Positions 8,423-16,758 of a stretch of DNA of 22,136 nucleotides are shown piece after piece. How positions within the stretch are numbered: position 1 is the stretch's first letter; every line of letters begins with the position of its first letter. Location: positions 1-22,136 of the forward strand of contig JBBIPG010000037.1 of the NCBI GenBank assembly GCA_037442925.1, read 5' to 3'. The DNA comes from Candidatus Fraserbacteria bacterium. GTDB lineage: Bacteria > Bipolaricaulota > Bipolaricaulia > RBG-16-55-9. The position numbers were made by a program, and so were the translations under genes. Below the pieces are notes generated by a model. It did no database searches, was not told where the DNA came from, and was given only the letters and a program-made list of their open reading frames with translations.

Positions 8423-9527
8423 GGGGGAAGGTCTTCTGTTCTACCGTCACGCGCGCCAAGCGCTCCTCTATGATTTCAACGCCGATGCCTGCTCCCTCAG
8501 GCACGCGGAGCGTCCCATCTCGGTTGAGGACGAAGGCAGGTTCAATGATGTCGTCCCGATAGTAGCGATCGCTGGCGGAAAGATCGTTGGGAAGAGTGAA
8601 GCCAGGGAGAGAAGCCAAGGCAACGTTGTGGGCCCGCCCAATACCGGTCTCAAGCATCCCCCCGCACCAGACGGGGATGTGCTTCGATTGGCAAAGATCG
8701 TGGATACGCCGGGCGTTGGTGGGCCCGCCGACCCGTCCCGGCTTGATGTTGATGATGCGGCAGCTCCCCAGCTGAAGCGCTCGGCGTGCATCCTCTGGGG
8801 ATTTCACACTTTCATCCAGACAAACGGGAGTATGGATCTGCTTCTGAAGCTCGGCGTGATCCACAAGATCATCATACCCGAAGGGTTGCTCGACCATCAT
8901 CAGATCATACTCGTCAAGTTGTTGGAAGATGGAGAGATCGTTCAGGGTGTAGGCCGCGTTGGCGTCGGCCATAAGCGGGATCTCCTCAAAGCGTTTTCGC
9001 ACAGCTTTGATGATTTCCACGTCCCAGCTGGGTTTAATCTTGAGCTTCACGCGGCGATAGCCCTGAGCGAGCCGGCGCTCGATGGCGTGAAGCAGTGTCG
9101 ACACGTCACGCTGAATGCCGATGCTAATCCCGCTCTCGATGCGATCCTTCGTGCCTCCCAAGCATTGTGCGAGCGAGATCTTTTTCGCCTTTGCAGCTAG
9201 ATCCCATAAAGCAGCTTCCAGCCCGGCTTTGGCCATGTTGTGACCACGAACCCGCTGCCATAGCCGAGGAAGTTCTTCCGGTTGATGAAAATCCTCTTCG
9301 AGCACGGAGGGAATGAGATAATCGCTCAGCACATGCCAAGCCGTCTTGATCGTCTCATAAGAGTACCAGGGGCCAGAACCGGCCACGCACTCTCCCCAGC
9401 CCACGATCCCATCACTAGAGACAGAGATGACAATGGCAGGGCGTTTTTCTTCCCTCCCAAAGCTCGTCTCGAAGGGCTCCACCAGCTCCATCTCGACAAC
9501 TCTCAGTTCCACTCGCTCAATTCTCAC
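8409..9527 (-). CDS. menC: OSBS / N-succinylamino acid racemase (enolase superfamily, NSAR-type)
   Basis: PFETSFG, KLK catalytic motif, metal ligands in DAN/EQP/DES, NIKPGRVGG, GGMLET; GTG start overlaps the upstream TGA (GTGA). Confidence 0.85.
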   Translation of the reverse strand: MRIERVELRVVEMELVEPFETSFGREEKRPAIVISVSSDGIVGWGECVAGSGPWYSYETIKTAWHVLSDYLIPSVLEEDFHQPEELPRLWQRVRGHNMAKAGLEAALWDLAAKAKKISLAQCLGGTKDRIESGISIGIQRDVSTLLHAIERRLAQGYRRVKLKIKPSWDVEIIKAVRKRFEEIPLMADANAAYTLNDLSIFQQLDEYDLMMVEQPFGYDDLVDHAELQKQIHTPVCLDESVKSPEDARRALQLGSCRIINIKPGRVGGPTNARRIHDLCQSKHIPVWCGGMLETGIGRAHNVALASLPGFTLPNDLSASDRYYRDDIIEPAFVLNRDGTLRVPEGAGIGVEIIEERLARVTVEQKTFPHGTH

Positions 9528-10399
9528 GCAAAATGCTCCCTCTTCAGCACGTCGTCTAGATCAGCCTTCTCTAGCAAGTGAAAGCTCCTCGACCGCCCAC
9601 CCTGCTCTTGGGTGAAGAACTCGCTGGCCATGTACCCCTTTTGGAAATAGTGCTCGAAGATCTCACGGGTTTTAAGCCGCCACTGTTCAGCAAGTTGGGG
9701 GTCTTGCTCCTTCAGGGTCCGTAGATCGCGTGGGATCTCTACGAGCAACCGCTCTTCCTTGCGGGAGAGATCCACATCGACATTCTCCAAGTATCCCCTC
9801 TTCTCGATCCGAGTGCGGTTGACTACCGGCAGCTCTTGTAGCGAAGGGCTCACCCTCTCGTTGCCTTGGAGCCGTGCGATGACCCGCGGGCTTTTGATCC
9901 ACCACTCCACGGCAAAGCGATCTGTGGGCAACCCGCGGTTGAGTTCATCGCGAATGTCTCCATAGAGATTGCGCTCATACTGCCGAGAGATCACGCCGAG
10001 CTTGGCGAAGTTGAAATGGGCATTGGCGCTCTGCAGAGGATCAAACGTCCAGGTGATCAGATCCATCCCCTGGGAGAGCACGAGCTCTCGCTGTTTGAGC
10101 TTGAGCTGGTATCCCACACCGTGAAAGCGGTGTTCGGGCAATACAGCAGCCATCAGCGAGCAGTGCTTGAGCCGTGGGAGCCCTTCACGGTCCCATACGA
10201 AGCCGGGAAAGCCATAGACAAAGCCGATCATGCGCTCACCCTCGTAGGCTCCCAAGAGAAGCCCGCCGGCCTTGAGGGTGGTGATGATCAAGTGGTGCGG
10301 CACAATGCTCAAGTCTTCAAATCCCCAGACGAGCCTCTGGAGTTGCTCACATGTATGAATGTCGTCCAGTGTCTCAACCGGGCGGATCTCGATGTTCAT
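9524..10399 (-). CDS. GNAT-family acyltransferase, probable D-amino-acid N-succinyltransferase
   Basis: GGLLLGAY..MIGFVYGF, AAVLPEHRFHGVG (motif A), WTFDPLQSANAHFN..LG, GLPTDRF; the type found next to NSAR genes. Confidence 0.8.
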   Translation of the reverse strand: MNIEIRPVETLDDIHTCEQLQRLVWGFEDLSIVPHHLIITTLKAGGLLLGAYEGERMIGFVYGFPGFVWDREGLPRLKHCSLMAAVLPEHRFHGVGYQLKLKQRELVLSQGMDLITWTFDPLQSANAHFNFAKLGVISRQYERNLYGDIRDELNRGLPTDRFAVEWWIKSPRVIARLQGNERVSPSLQELPVVNRTRIEKRGYLENVDVDLSRKEERLLVEIPRDLRTLKEQDPQLAEQWRLKTREIFEHYFQKGYMASEFFTQEQGGRSRSFHLLEKADLDDVLKREHFA

Positions 10400-12567
10400 C
10401 GTTTCTTAGGCTTTTTGTTCGAGTTGGTACGGGTCCGTGCCGCTGCAATGATGACCTGCTTGCGAGCGCGGCGCGCTTGGGAGCGGGCACGCCGACGATG
10501 ATACATGAACTCATCGGCATTCTCTAAGACCTGCGCGAGGCTCTTTTGACCTCCGGGCATCCAGCTGTCTACTCCGAAGCTAATCGAGATTTTCGATCTG
10601 AAGAGCTTGGGATTCCACTTCTCTAATCTCTTGCGCAAGCGCTCCATCGCCTCCTCCGCCTCGTCACGAGTCGTCTGGGGCATGATGAGGATAAACTCGT
10701 CGCCGCCGTAGCGCACGACCGTATCGGGAGCGCGCACATTTCTCATGAGCAGCTGTGCTACCTCGTGTAGAACACGGTCACCTTCGGCATGCCCAAAGCG
10801 ATCGTTGACCTCGTAGAAGTCATCCATATCCACCATGACCAGGGAGATGGGGTAGTTGTAGCGTTGGGCGCGCTCCTGCTCTTTGAGGATGAACTCGGTG
10901 AAGTAGTGGCGGTTGTAGGCTCCTGTGAGAGAATCTCGCAGAGCCTGCTCTTTGAAACGCTCGAGATCTCGCGCGCGGCTGAGTGCCAGCTCAATCTCCG
11001 GGACCAAGGTCTGGAGCTTCCGTGCATCTTCTTCTGTGAAGATCCCCTCTTGGTGGAGGTTGTTGATGTTTAGCACTGCGATCACTTTATCATCTTTACG
11101 AATGGGCACGGCAATGGAAGAAGCCGGGGGGAGCTGGCCCCAGTCCTCCCACAATTTCTTCAACTCCGGATGAGACAGCTGTATGCTTCGGGTAAGAAGC
11201 ATAGGGCCATGAGCCTCTACGGTTAGTTGGGCAAGATTTTCCATCTTGAACGTAACTTTCTTCAAAGACTTGAGATCTCGATTGACGGCCGCGCGGAACT
11301 CGAGGGCCTTCTTGCGTTCGTTCAATGTCAAGATAGTACCCGCATCCGCCTTGGGTGCTAGAAGAGAGATGCCGTGCTGAATGATCAGCTCCAACATCGC
11401 ATCGAGGTTCTGGCTGCGATTGATCTTCTGAAGGAAGCTGCTGATCCATTCCTGCTGTCGGAAGGCCTCTTGCCAGTGCTGCCGATGGCGCAGCCCACTG
11501 ATGGCTGTCGCCAGCTGTCTGGCCAGCGCCTGTAAGAGCTCCACATCTTCGGGTGTGAAGGCGTCTTCTTGGATGCTCTCGATGTTGAGCACTCCTATCA
11601 ACTCATCTGCCCCGTCGATGGGCACGGCGAGTTCGGAGCGAATCGCTGGATGTCCGGAGATATAGCGCGGGTCCTGGAGCACATTCCCCACTAAAGCGGG
11701 TTGGCGGTGCTTTGCAACCCACCCGCAGATTCCCTGATCTAACCTCAAGCGTTCAAAGCGCTCAAACTGGATCTCTTCTGGAGGCAGCCTCGTGTGAAAA
11801 CCCCTACGCACAAGCGCATTCCCCTCCTTGAGGAAGAAGGTGACGTGATCATAGGCAAAGTGCTCTCGAATGATCTGAACGGCTTGTTGAATCAAGGCAT
11901 TCAAGTCCTGCACTTGGGCAAGGCTTTCTCCCAAGCGATAGATCCCCTGCAGGCGCTTCTGGAAGTCGTTCACCTCTTGGGTGTACTTCGCCTTCTCCAG
12001 CGCGAGCGATGCCAAGTTGACAAGGAGTTGCAACGGTTCCAGCTCTTCGGCAGTGGGAACTCGCCCGTGATGGGGATCTGCCAGCGAGATGCGTCCGATG
12101 ATCAAAGGGCCCCGCCTCAAGAGGAAAAACAGGTTGTCGTAAGCACCCCATGCTCCTGGGCCCTCTCGGCCCACTTTGCCCTTCACACCCTTGGGGATGA
12201 TCTCCGGGATCATCTGGGGCGTGACATAATAACCACTACCGAGCGCCTTGCCTTTCGCAATAATTTGCCTACAAGAGATGAATTCGCCCGATCTTGCCAG
12301 CTGCTGGAGCTTCGCTTCCTCCTCCTGAGGCAACCCAGAAGTCAACATCTGAGCGATCTGTTCCTTCTGGCTACTGGTAGGAGACATAGCTCGTTTAAAG
12401 AGGGAGATCGCCACCAGCTGGAAGGGCGAATGTTCTCGAATCGCCCGAGCCACTTGCTTGAGAATGATCTCCACATCCCGTTGTTGCAGGATCTCCTGCC
12501 CAATGGCGAGCAGTTTTCGGTGTAGTTGCTGCACACTTTGCTCCGCCATAGATTCAGCCACCGTCAA
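10396..12567 (-). CDS. Multi-GAF sensor diguanylate cyclase-like protein (GAF-GAF-GAF-GGDEF)
   Basis: GAF motifs (GICGWVA..RSELAVPI..GVLNIES..AFT; SSIAVPI..VLNINN..IFT), DSLTGAYNR, RAPD I-site, RYGGDEF; no transmembrane segments; TTG start overlaps the era TGA. Confidence 0.88.
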   Translation of the reverse strand: MTVAESMAEQSVQQLHRKLLAIGQEILQQRDVEIILKQVARAIREHSPFQLVAISLFKRAMSPTSSQKEQIAQMLTSGLPQEEEAKLQQLARSGEFISCRQIIAKGKALGSGYYVTPQMIPEIIPKGVKGKVGREGPGAWGAYDNLFFLLRRGPLIIGRISLADPHHGRVPTAEELEPLQLLVNLASLALEKAKYTQEVNDFQKRLQGIYRLGESLAQVQDLNALIQQAVQIIREHFAYDHVTFFLKEGNALVRRGFHTRLPPEEIQFERFERLRLDQGICGWVAKHRQPALVGNVLQDPRYISGHPAIRSELAVPIDGADELIGVLNIESIQEDAFTPEDVELLQALARQLATAISGLRHRQHWQEAFRQQEWISSFLQKINRSQNLDAMLELIIQHGISLLAPKADAGTILTLNERKKALEFRAAVNRDLKSLKKVTFKMENLAQLTVEAHGPMLLTRSIQLSHPELKKLWEDWGQLPPASSIAVPIRKDDKVIAVLNINNLHQEGIFTEEDARKLQTLVPEIELALSRARDLERFKEQALRDSLTGAYNRHYFTEFILKEQERAQRYNYPISLVMVDMDDFYEVNDRFGHAEGDRVLHEVAQLLMRNVRAPDTVVRYGGDEFILIMPQTTRDEAEEAMERLRKRLEKWNPKLFRSKISISFGVDSWMPGGQKSLAQVLENADEFMYHRRRARSQARRARKQVIIAAARTRTNSNKKPKKR

Positions 12568-13454
12568 TCCTCTCTTCCCAGGGCTTGGACGATCTGGGCC
12601 TCATCCTCGTTCCATCTCTCGCGCACTTTGACTTGTAAATCGAGATACACGTGTGTACCCAGAAGCGTTTCGATGTCTGCTCGCGCCAGACGACCGATCT
12701 CCTTGATCATCGATCCCTTCTCGCCGACCAAGATCCCCTTTTGAGAATCGCGCGCCACGTGGATATTCGCATAGATTTCCATCAGGGGCTTATCCCCGCG
12801 CTCTCGCATATCGACAACCTCCACGAAGACCGCATAGGGGATCTCCTGGCGGGTCAGCTGATAGATCTTCTCTCGAATGATTTCCGCGATCAGAAAATGC
12901 TCTGGCCGGTCAATGACCATATCCTCCGGGAAATATCTCGGCCCTTCCGGCAAGTATTTTTTAATGAGCTGGATCGTCTTGCCTAAGTTGATCCCCTCTT
13001 TACACGAGATGGGAATGATCTCTTGGAATAAGCTCGTCTCCGAGTACGTGGCCATCGTCTCCTCCACCTCGTTGCTGAGCGCTCTGTCGATTTTATTGAC
13101 CAGCAAGAATTTTACCAGGGGAAGTTCTTTCATCCTCTCGAAGATCCTTTGGTCATACTCTGGGATCGTTCCCCAGGGTTCGACCATATAGAGAATGAGA
13201 TCAAGCCCATGGAGAGCTCCGAAGGCTTGCTTAAGCAAGAAACCGCTCAAGCGATCGACAGGCTTGTGAAGCCCGGGCGTATCTACGAAGACGATCTGCG
13301 ATTCCGGATCGTTGTAGATGCAGCGAATGCGATGGCGCGTCGATTGGCGCTTCTCAGAGACGATCAAGAGTTTCTTGCCTAAGATCGCATTGATGAAAGA
13401 AGACTTGCCCACGTTCGCCTGACCTAGTACCCCGACGAAGCCCGATTTACACAT
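12564..13454 (-). CDS. era: GTPase Era
   Basis: KSGFV, G1 GQANVGKS, G3 DTPG, G4 NKID, EIIREK..EIPY, KH-domain GEKG; ATG 13454 has GGAG 9 nt upstream and is preferred over TTG 13460. Confidence 0.95.
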   Translation of the reverse strand: MCKSGFVGVLGQANVGKSSFINAILGKKLLIVSEKRQSTRHRIRCIYNDPESQIVFVDTPGLHKPVDRLSGFLLKQAFGALHGLDLILYMVEPWGTIPEYDQRIFERMKELPLVKFLLVNKIDRALSNEVEETMATYSETSLFQEIIPISCKEGINLGKTIQLIKKYLPEGPRYFPEDMVIDRPEHFLIAEIIREKIYQLTRQEIPYAVFVEVVDMRERGDKPLMEIYANIHVARDSQKGILVGEKGSMIKEIGRLARADIETLLGTHVYLDLQVKVRERWNEDEAQIVQALGRED

Positions 13455-14928
13455 GGACAAGTTCTCCGTTTCGGATTAAGTCTTTTGCTTTCTCTATATC
13501 TTGCTGTAAGAGACGATCTTCTGACAAGTGAGGGATATGTGCGCGTATTCGTTCGTACGCTTTGCGCGTGGCGGGAGCCATCTGAGAGGTCTTGCGAAAA
13601 TCAAGGGCTTGCGCGGCAGTCAGCATCTCGATGGCCAGGATGTATTCCACGTTCTGGGCGATCTGATACGCCTTCCAAGCGGAAATACTGGCCAGGCTGT
13701 TATAGTCTTCTTTGCCGCCGGAGGTCGGGATCGAGTCCACAACAGCGGGATGAGCGAGCACTTTGTTTTCAGAAACGAGTGCCGCCGCCGTGTATTGAGG
13801 GACCATAAGACCCGAACGAAGGCCGCCCTGCTCGATCAGAAAGGGCGGTAGATCCGAATGTTCCAAGAGGAACGCTATACGCCTCTCTGAGAAATTGCCC
13901 ATCTGCGCCAGGGTTATTCCCAGTATTTCGCAGGCGAGGGCCAGCATCTCGCCATGGAAATTGCCACCGGAAAGCACTTCACCCGTCTCTGGGAAGAGAA
14001 GAGGGTTATCCGTTACGGAGTTCATCTCGATCTCGATTTTCTCCTGGACAAACTGAAGGGCTTCGAGGCAAGTGCCTAAGACTTGAGGCACACAGCGAAG
14101 CGTATAGGGATCTTGAATATCGAGAGATTGGTTGACCAAGCGACTACCTTCCAGCAAGAGGCGCATCTGTTCAGCCACGTGACGCTGGCCGGGATGGGGA
14201 TGGCAGGCGTGAAGTCGTTCGTCTAATGGCTGGGTGCTCCCGCCGGCAGCTTCCAGAGCTAGACAAGCGATCAGTTGAGCATGATTCAAAAGCTTTTTCG
14301 CTGTAAGCCGGGCCATAAACCCCACAGCCAGAGAGATCTGTGTGCCATTGATGAGAGCAAGCCCCTCCTTGGGAGCCAGTTCCAAAGGTTTTCGATTAAA
14401 CTTCTCGAGGAGTTGGGCTCCAGACAGGGTTTGATCTCTGAAACGGGCAGAGCCCTCGCCGATGAGCAAGAGTGCCAGGTGAGCCAAGGGAGCGAGATCG
14501 CCGCTTGAGCCTACAGATCCTTTGCTTGGGATGACGGGGGACACCTCGCGATTCAAGAACTCGATGAGATATTCAATGATCACAGGCCGAACGCCGGAAT
14601 GACCTGCCAGCAGCGAGTTGAGGCGAAAGAGTAGCGCAGCCCGACTCACGTCCTCCGGAAGTGGTTCGCCCACCCCGCAGGCGTGGCTACGCAAAAGATT
14701 CACTTGGAGTTGCCGCAGCTGCTCACGGGAGATGGCCACCGTGCTGAGTTTGCCAAAGCCCGTATTGATCCCATAGGCTCGTCGCCCCTCTTGGACGATC
14801 TTCTCGACCAGCTGGGCGGAAGCCTTCACGGCGCGAAGCGCTTCGGGGGCGACTTCTACAGGCTCGTATCGCAACACGATTCGTTCGGCTTCGTCGATTG
14901 AGAGATGCTTCCCATCGAGTTGGATCAT
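13447..14928 (-). CDS. hutH: Histidine ammonia-lyase
   Basis: YGINTGFG, histidine-specificity motif LLRSHACGVG, MIO loop GSVG-SSG-DLAPL, KEGLALINGT, QDPYTLRC, SGGNFHG; hutU nearby. Confidence 0.9.
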   Translation of the reverse strand: MIQLDGKHLSIDEAERIVLRYEPVEVAPEALRAVKASAQLVEKIVQEGRRAYGINTGFGKLSTVAISREQLRQLQVNLLRSHACGVGEPLPEDVSRAALLFRLNSLLAGHSGVRPVIIEYLIEFLNREVSPVIPSKGSVGSSGDLAPLAHLALLLIGEGSARFRDQTLSGAQLLEKFNRKPLELAPKEGLALINGTQISLAVGFMARLTAKKLLNHAQLIACLALEAAGGSTQPLDERLHACHPHPGQRHVAEQMRLLLEGSRLVNQSLDIQDPYTLRCVPQVLGTCLEALQFVQEKIEIEMNSVTDNPLLFPETGEVLSGGNFHGEMLALACEILGITLAQMGNFSERRIAFLLEHSDLPPFLIEQGGLRSGLMVPQYTAAALVSENKVLAHPAVVDSIPTSGGKEDYNSLASISAWKAYQIAQNVEYILAIEMLTAAQALDFRKTSQMAPATRKAYERIRAHIPHLSEDRLLQQDIEKAKDLIRNGELVHV

Positions 14929-14942
14929 GATTGAGTGTTTGA

Positions 14943-14972
14943 AGTATAGCTTGAAGCCATCTCTTTCTGCAA
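14943..14972 (-). promoter_or_regulatory. Candidate promoter for the hutH-era-...-recO run
   Basis: Minus-strand TTGCAG (14972-14967), 18-bp spacer, TATACT (14948-14943); 14 nt to the ATG with no SD. Confidence 0.5.
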
Positions 14973-15018
14973 TGCCAAAGCCCTTGCTTTATTCCTCTGT
15001 GATTCTGGTAGAGGTCGA

Positions 15019-15048
15019 TTGGCATTTGCTCTGGATATTGAGTAAAAT
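15019..15048 (+). promoter_or_regulatory. Candidate promoter of the AAA+/DUF4143-type gene
   Basis: TTGGCA (15019-15024), 18-bp spacer, TAAAAT (15043-15048), 8 nt to ATG 15057; no SD. Confidence 0.55.
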
Positions 15049-15069
15049 TACTCATCATGATGAGTAATT
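15039..15069. repeat. Nested palindromes / operator with three TGAGTAA half-sites
   Basis: TGAGTAA-AA-TTACTCA (15039-15054) and the perfect 24-bp palindrome AATTACTCATCATGATGAGTAATT (15046-15069), centred on the start codon. Confidence 0.9.
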
Positions 15070-16271
15070 CGTTGCCGCCCTTTACTCGTCCGCAAGCTGC
15101 CGTGCTTGCCCGTCGCCTCGCCGAGCCGCGCCGCTTTATTCAAGTGATCACAGGTCCACGGCAAGTGGGTAAGACCACGCTCGTGCATCAAGTGACCGAC
15201 GCCTCGGGGCTCGCTACGCGTTTTGCCAGCGCCGACGAGCCGACACTGCGCGGGCACGAGTGGATTGCCCAGCAGTGGGAGGCGGCACGCCTCACGGCCG
15301 GCGATGCCGGCCGGCAGGGCGCGGTCCTCGTTCTCGATGAAATTCAGAAGATCCGGGGCTGGTCTGAGGCAGTCAAGCGCTTGTGGGATGAAGACACACG
15401 CGCGAAGCGATCACTCAAGGTTGTGTTGCTCGGTTCGGCACCGCTACTTATTCAGCAAGGACTCAGCGAAAGCCTCGCCGGACGCTTTGAGGTGCTGCAC
15501 TTACCACACTGGACGTTTGCCGAGATGCGCGATGCGTTTTCATGGTCGCTCGATCAGTACATTTTCTACGGTGGCTATCCTGGTGCAGCGTCGCTCATCA
15601 GCGAGCTCCACCGCTGGAGACGCTACATCCTTGACTCGCTCATCGAGACGACGATCTCACGCGATGTGCTGCTGCTCTCGCGTGTGGATAAACCAGCCCT
15701 GCTGCGTCGGATGTTCCAACTGGGGTGTAGTTATTCTGGGCAGGTCCTGTCCTATACTAAGATGCTCGGTCAACTTCAGGATGCGGGCAACACGACAACG
15801 CTTGCCCACTATCTGGATTTGTTAGCGGGTGCGGGCATGGTGACGGGCCTGCAGAAGTTTGCGGGCTCGGCCGTGCGCCAGCGGGGATCAAGTCCCAAGC
15901 TGCAGGTGTTGAACACGGCACTGATGACTGCCCAGATGGAGCATACGTTGCAGGAGGCATGCGCCGATCGGGAGCTTTGGGGGCGGCTGGTGGAAGCAAC
16001 AGTGGGAGCACATCTGGCGAATGCCGCGGCAGCGGGCGTGTGTAAGCTCTACTATTGGCGCGACCGCAACCGTGAGGTGGACTTTGTACTGCAGATGGGT
16101 CGCACTCTGACGGCTATCGAAGTGAAGAGCGGACGAGCTCGCGACGCGCTGCCGGGGCTACTGGCCTTTGCGGACGCGTACAAGCCGAAGCGCAAGCTGC
16201 TCGTGGGTGGAGACGGAATCCCACTGACAGAGTTTCTCTCTCGACCGGTCGAGTACTGGGCTGCGCCGTGA
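15057..16271 (+). CDS. AAA+ ATPase with wHTH and C-terminal PD-(D/E)XK-like domain (AAA_14 + DUF4143 type)
   Basis: Walker A GPRQVGKT, Walker B VLVLDEIQ, LLGS, ESLAGR, GGYP, HTH-like SYTKML..TTLAHYLDLL, C-terminal YYWR..EVDFV..AIEVKS. Confidence 0.87.
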   Translation: MMSNSLPPFTRPQAAVLARRLAEPRRFIQVITGPRQVGKTTLVHQVTDASGLATRFASADEPTLRGHEWIAQQWEAARLTAGDAGRQGAVLVLDEIQKIRGWSEAVKRLWDEDTRAKRSLKVVLLGSAPLLIQQGLSESLAGRFEVLHLPHWTFAEMRDAFSWSLDQYIFYGGYPGAASLISELHRWRRYILDSLIETTISRDVLLLSRVDKPALLRRMFQLGCSYSGQVLSYTKMLGQLQDAGNTTTLAHYLDLLAGAGMVTGLQKFAGSAVRQRGSSPKLQVLNTALMTAQMEHTLQEACADRELWGRLVEATVGAHLANAAAAGVCKLYYWRDRNREVDFVLQMGRTLTAIEVKSGRARDALPGLLAFADAYKPKRKLLVGGDGIPLTEFLSRPVEYWAAP

Positions 16272-16278
16272 CCTTGTG

Positions 16279-16749
16279 ATGTTCACTCAAGAGCTATACG
16301 TGGTATGTCATAACATTCGCAGTCTTCACAACGTGGGCTCGATCTTTCGCACAGCGGATGCGGCAGGTGTGACCAAGCTCTATCTTTGCGGCTACACGGG
16401 GCATCCACCCAGAAAAGAGATCAACAAAGTGGCGTTAGGAGCGGAAAAGACTGTCCTTTGGGATTATCATACTCACACATGGCAGCTGCTCGAACGGTTG
16501 CGGTCCTGGGGCGTGCAAATTGTAGCGTTGGAGAACAACCTCGATTTGCCCAGCGTAGATTTCCGTCGGTTTCGGCCTCGGTTTCCTGCGGCATTGCTTG
16601 TAGGAAATGAAGTGGGTGGGCTTTCCCCAGCTTTGCTCAACCGAGCCGACCAGATCGTTCACATTCCCATGTATGGGCAGAAAGAATCGCTCAATGTGGC
16701 GGTCGCCTTTGGAATTGCAATCTACGAGTTGAACCGCTGGCGAAAGTGA
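16279..16749 (+). CDS. SPOUT (SpoU/TrmH family) RNA 2'-O-methyltransferase, catalytic domain only
   Basis: NIRSLHNVGSIFRTADA, LVGNEVGGL, IPMYGQKESLNVAVA. Confidence 0.9.
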   Translation: MFTQELYVVCHNIRSLHNVGSIFRTADAAGVTKLYLCGYTGHPPRKEINKVALGAEKTVLWDYHTHTWQLLERLRSWGVQIVALENNLDLPSVDFRRFRPRFPAALLVGNEVGGLSPALLNRADQIVHIPMYGQKESLNVAVAFGIAIYELNRWRK

Positions 16750-16758
16750 CTCTATAAT
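16729..16758 (+). promoter_or_regulatory. Candidate hutU promoter
   Basis: TTGAAC (16729-16734), 18-bp spacer, TATAAT (16753-16758). Confidence 0.6.

Noticed and set aside
10760..10830. Hypr-type GGDEF making cGAMP
   Set aside because: The specificity position is Asp (GHAEGD), as in ordinary c-di-GMP synthases.
8379..12525. Long antisense ORFs (8379-9200, 9866-10501, 11794-12525; likewise 3180-3881, 5803-6429, 19011-19649)
   Set aside because: Shadow frames opposite well-supported genes, expected at this GC content; no motifs.
14723..15058. 111-aa minus-strand ORF starting MMSN, like the AAA+ protein
   Set aside because: The shared start is an automatic result of the 24-bp palindrome; the rest runs out of frame over hutH with no motif.
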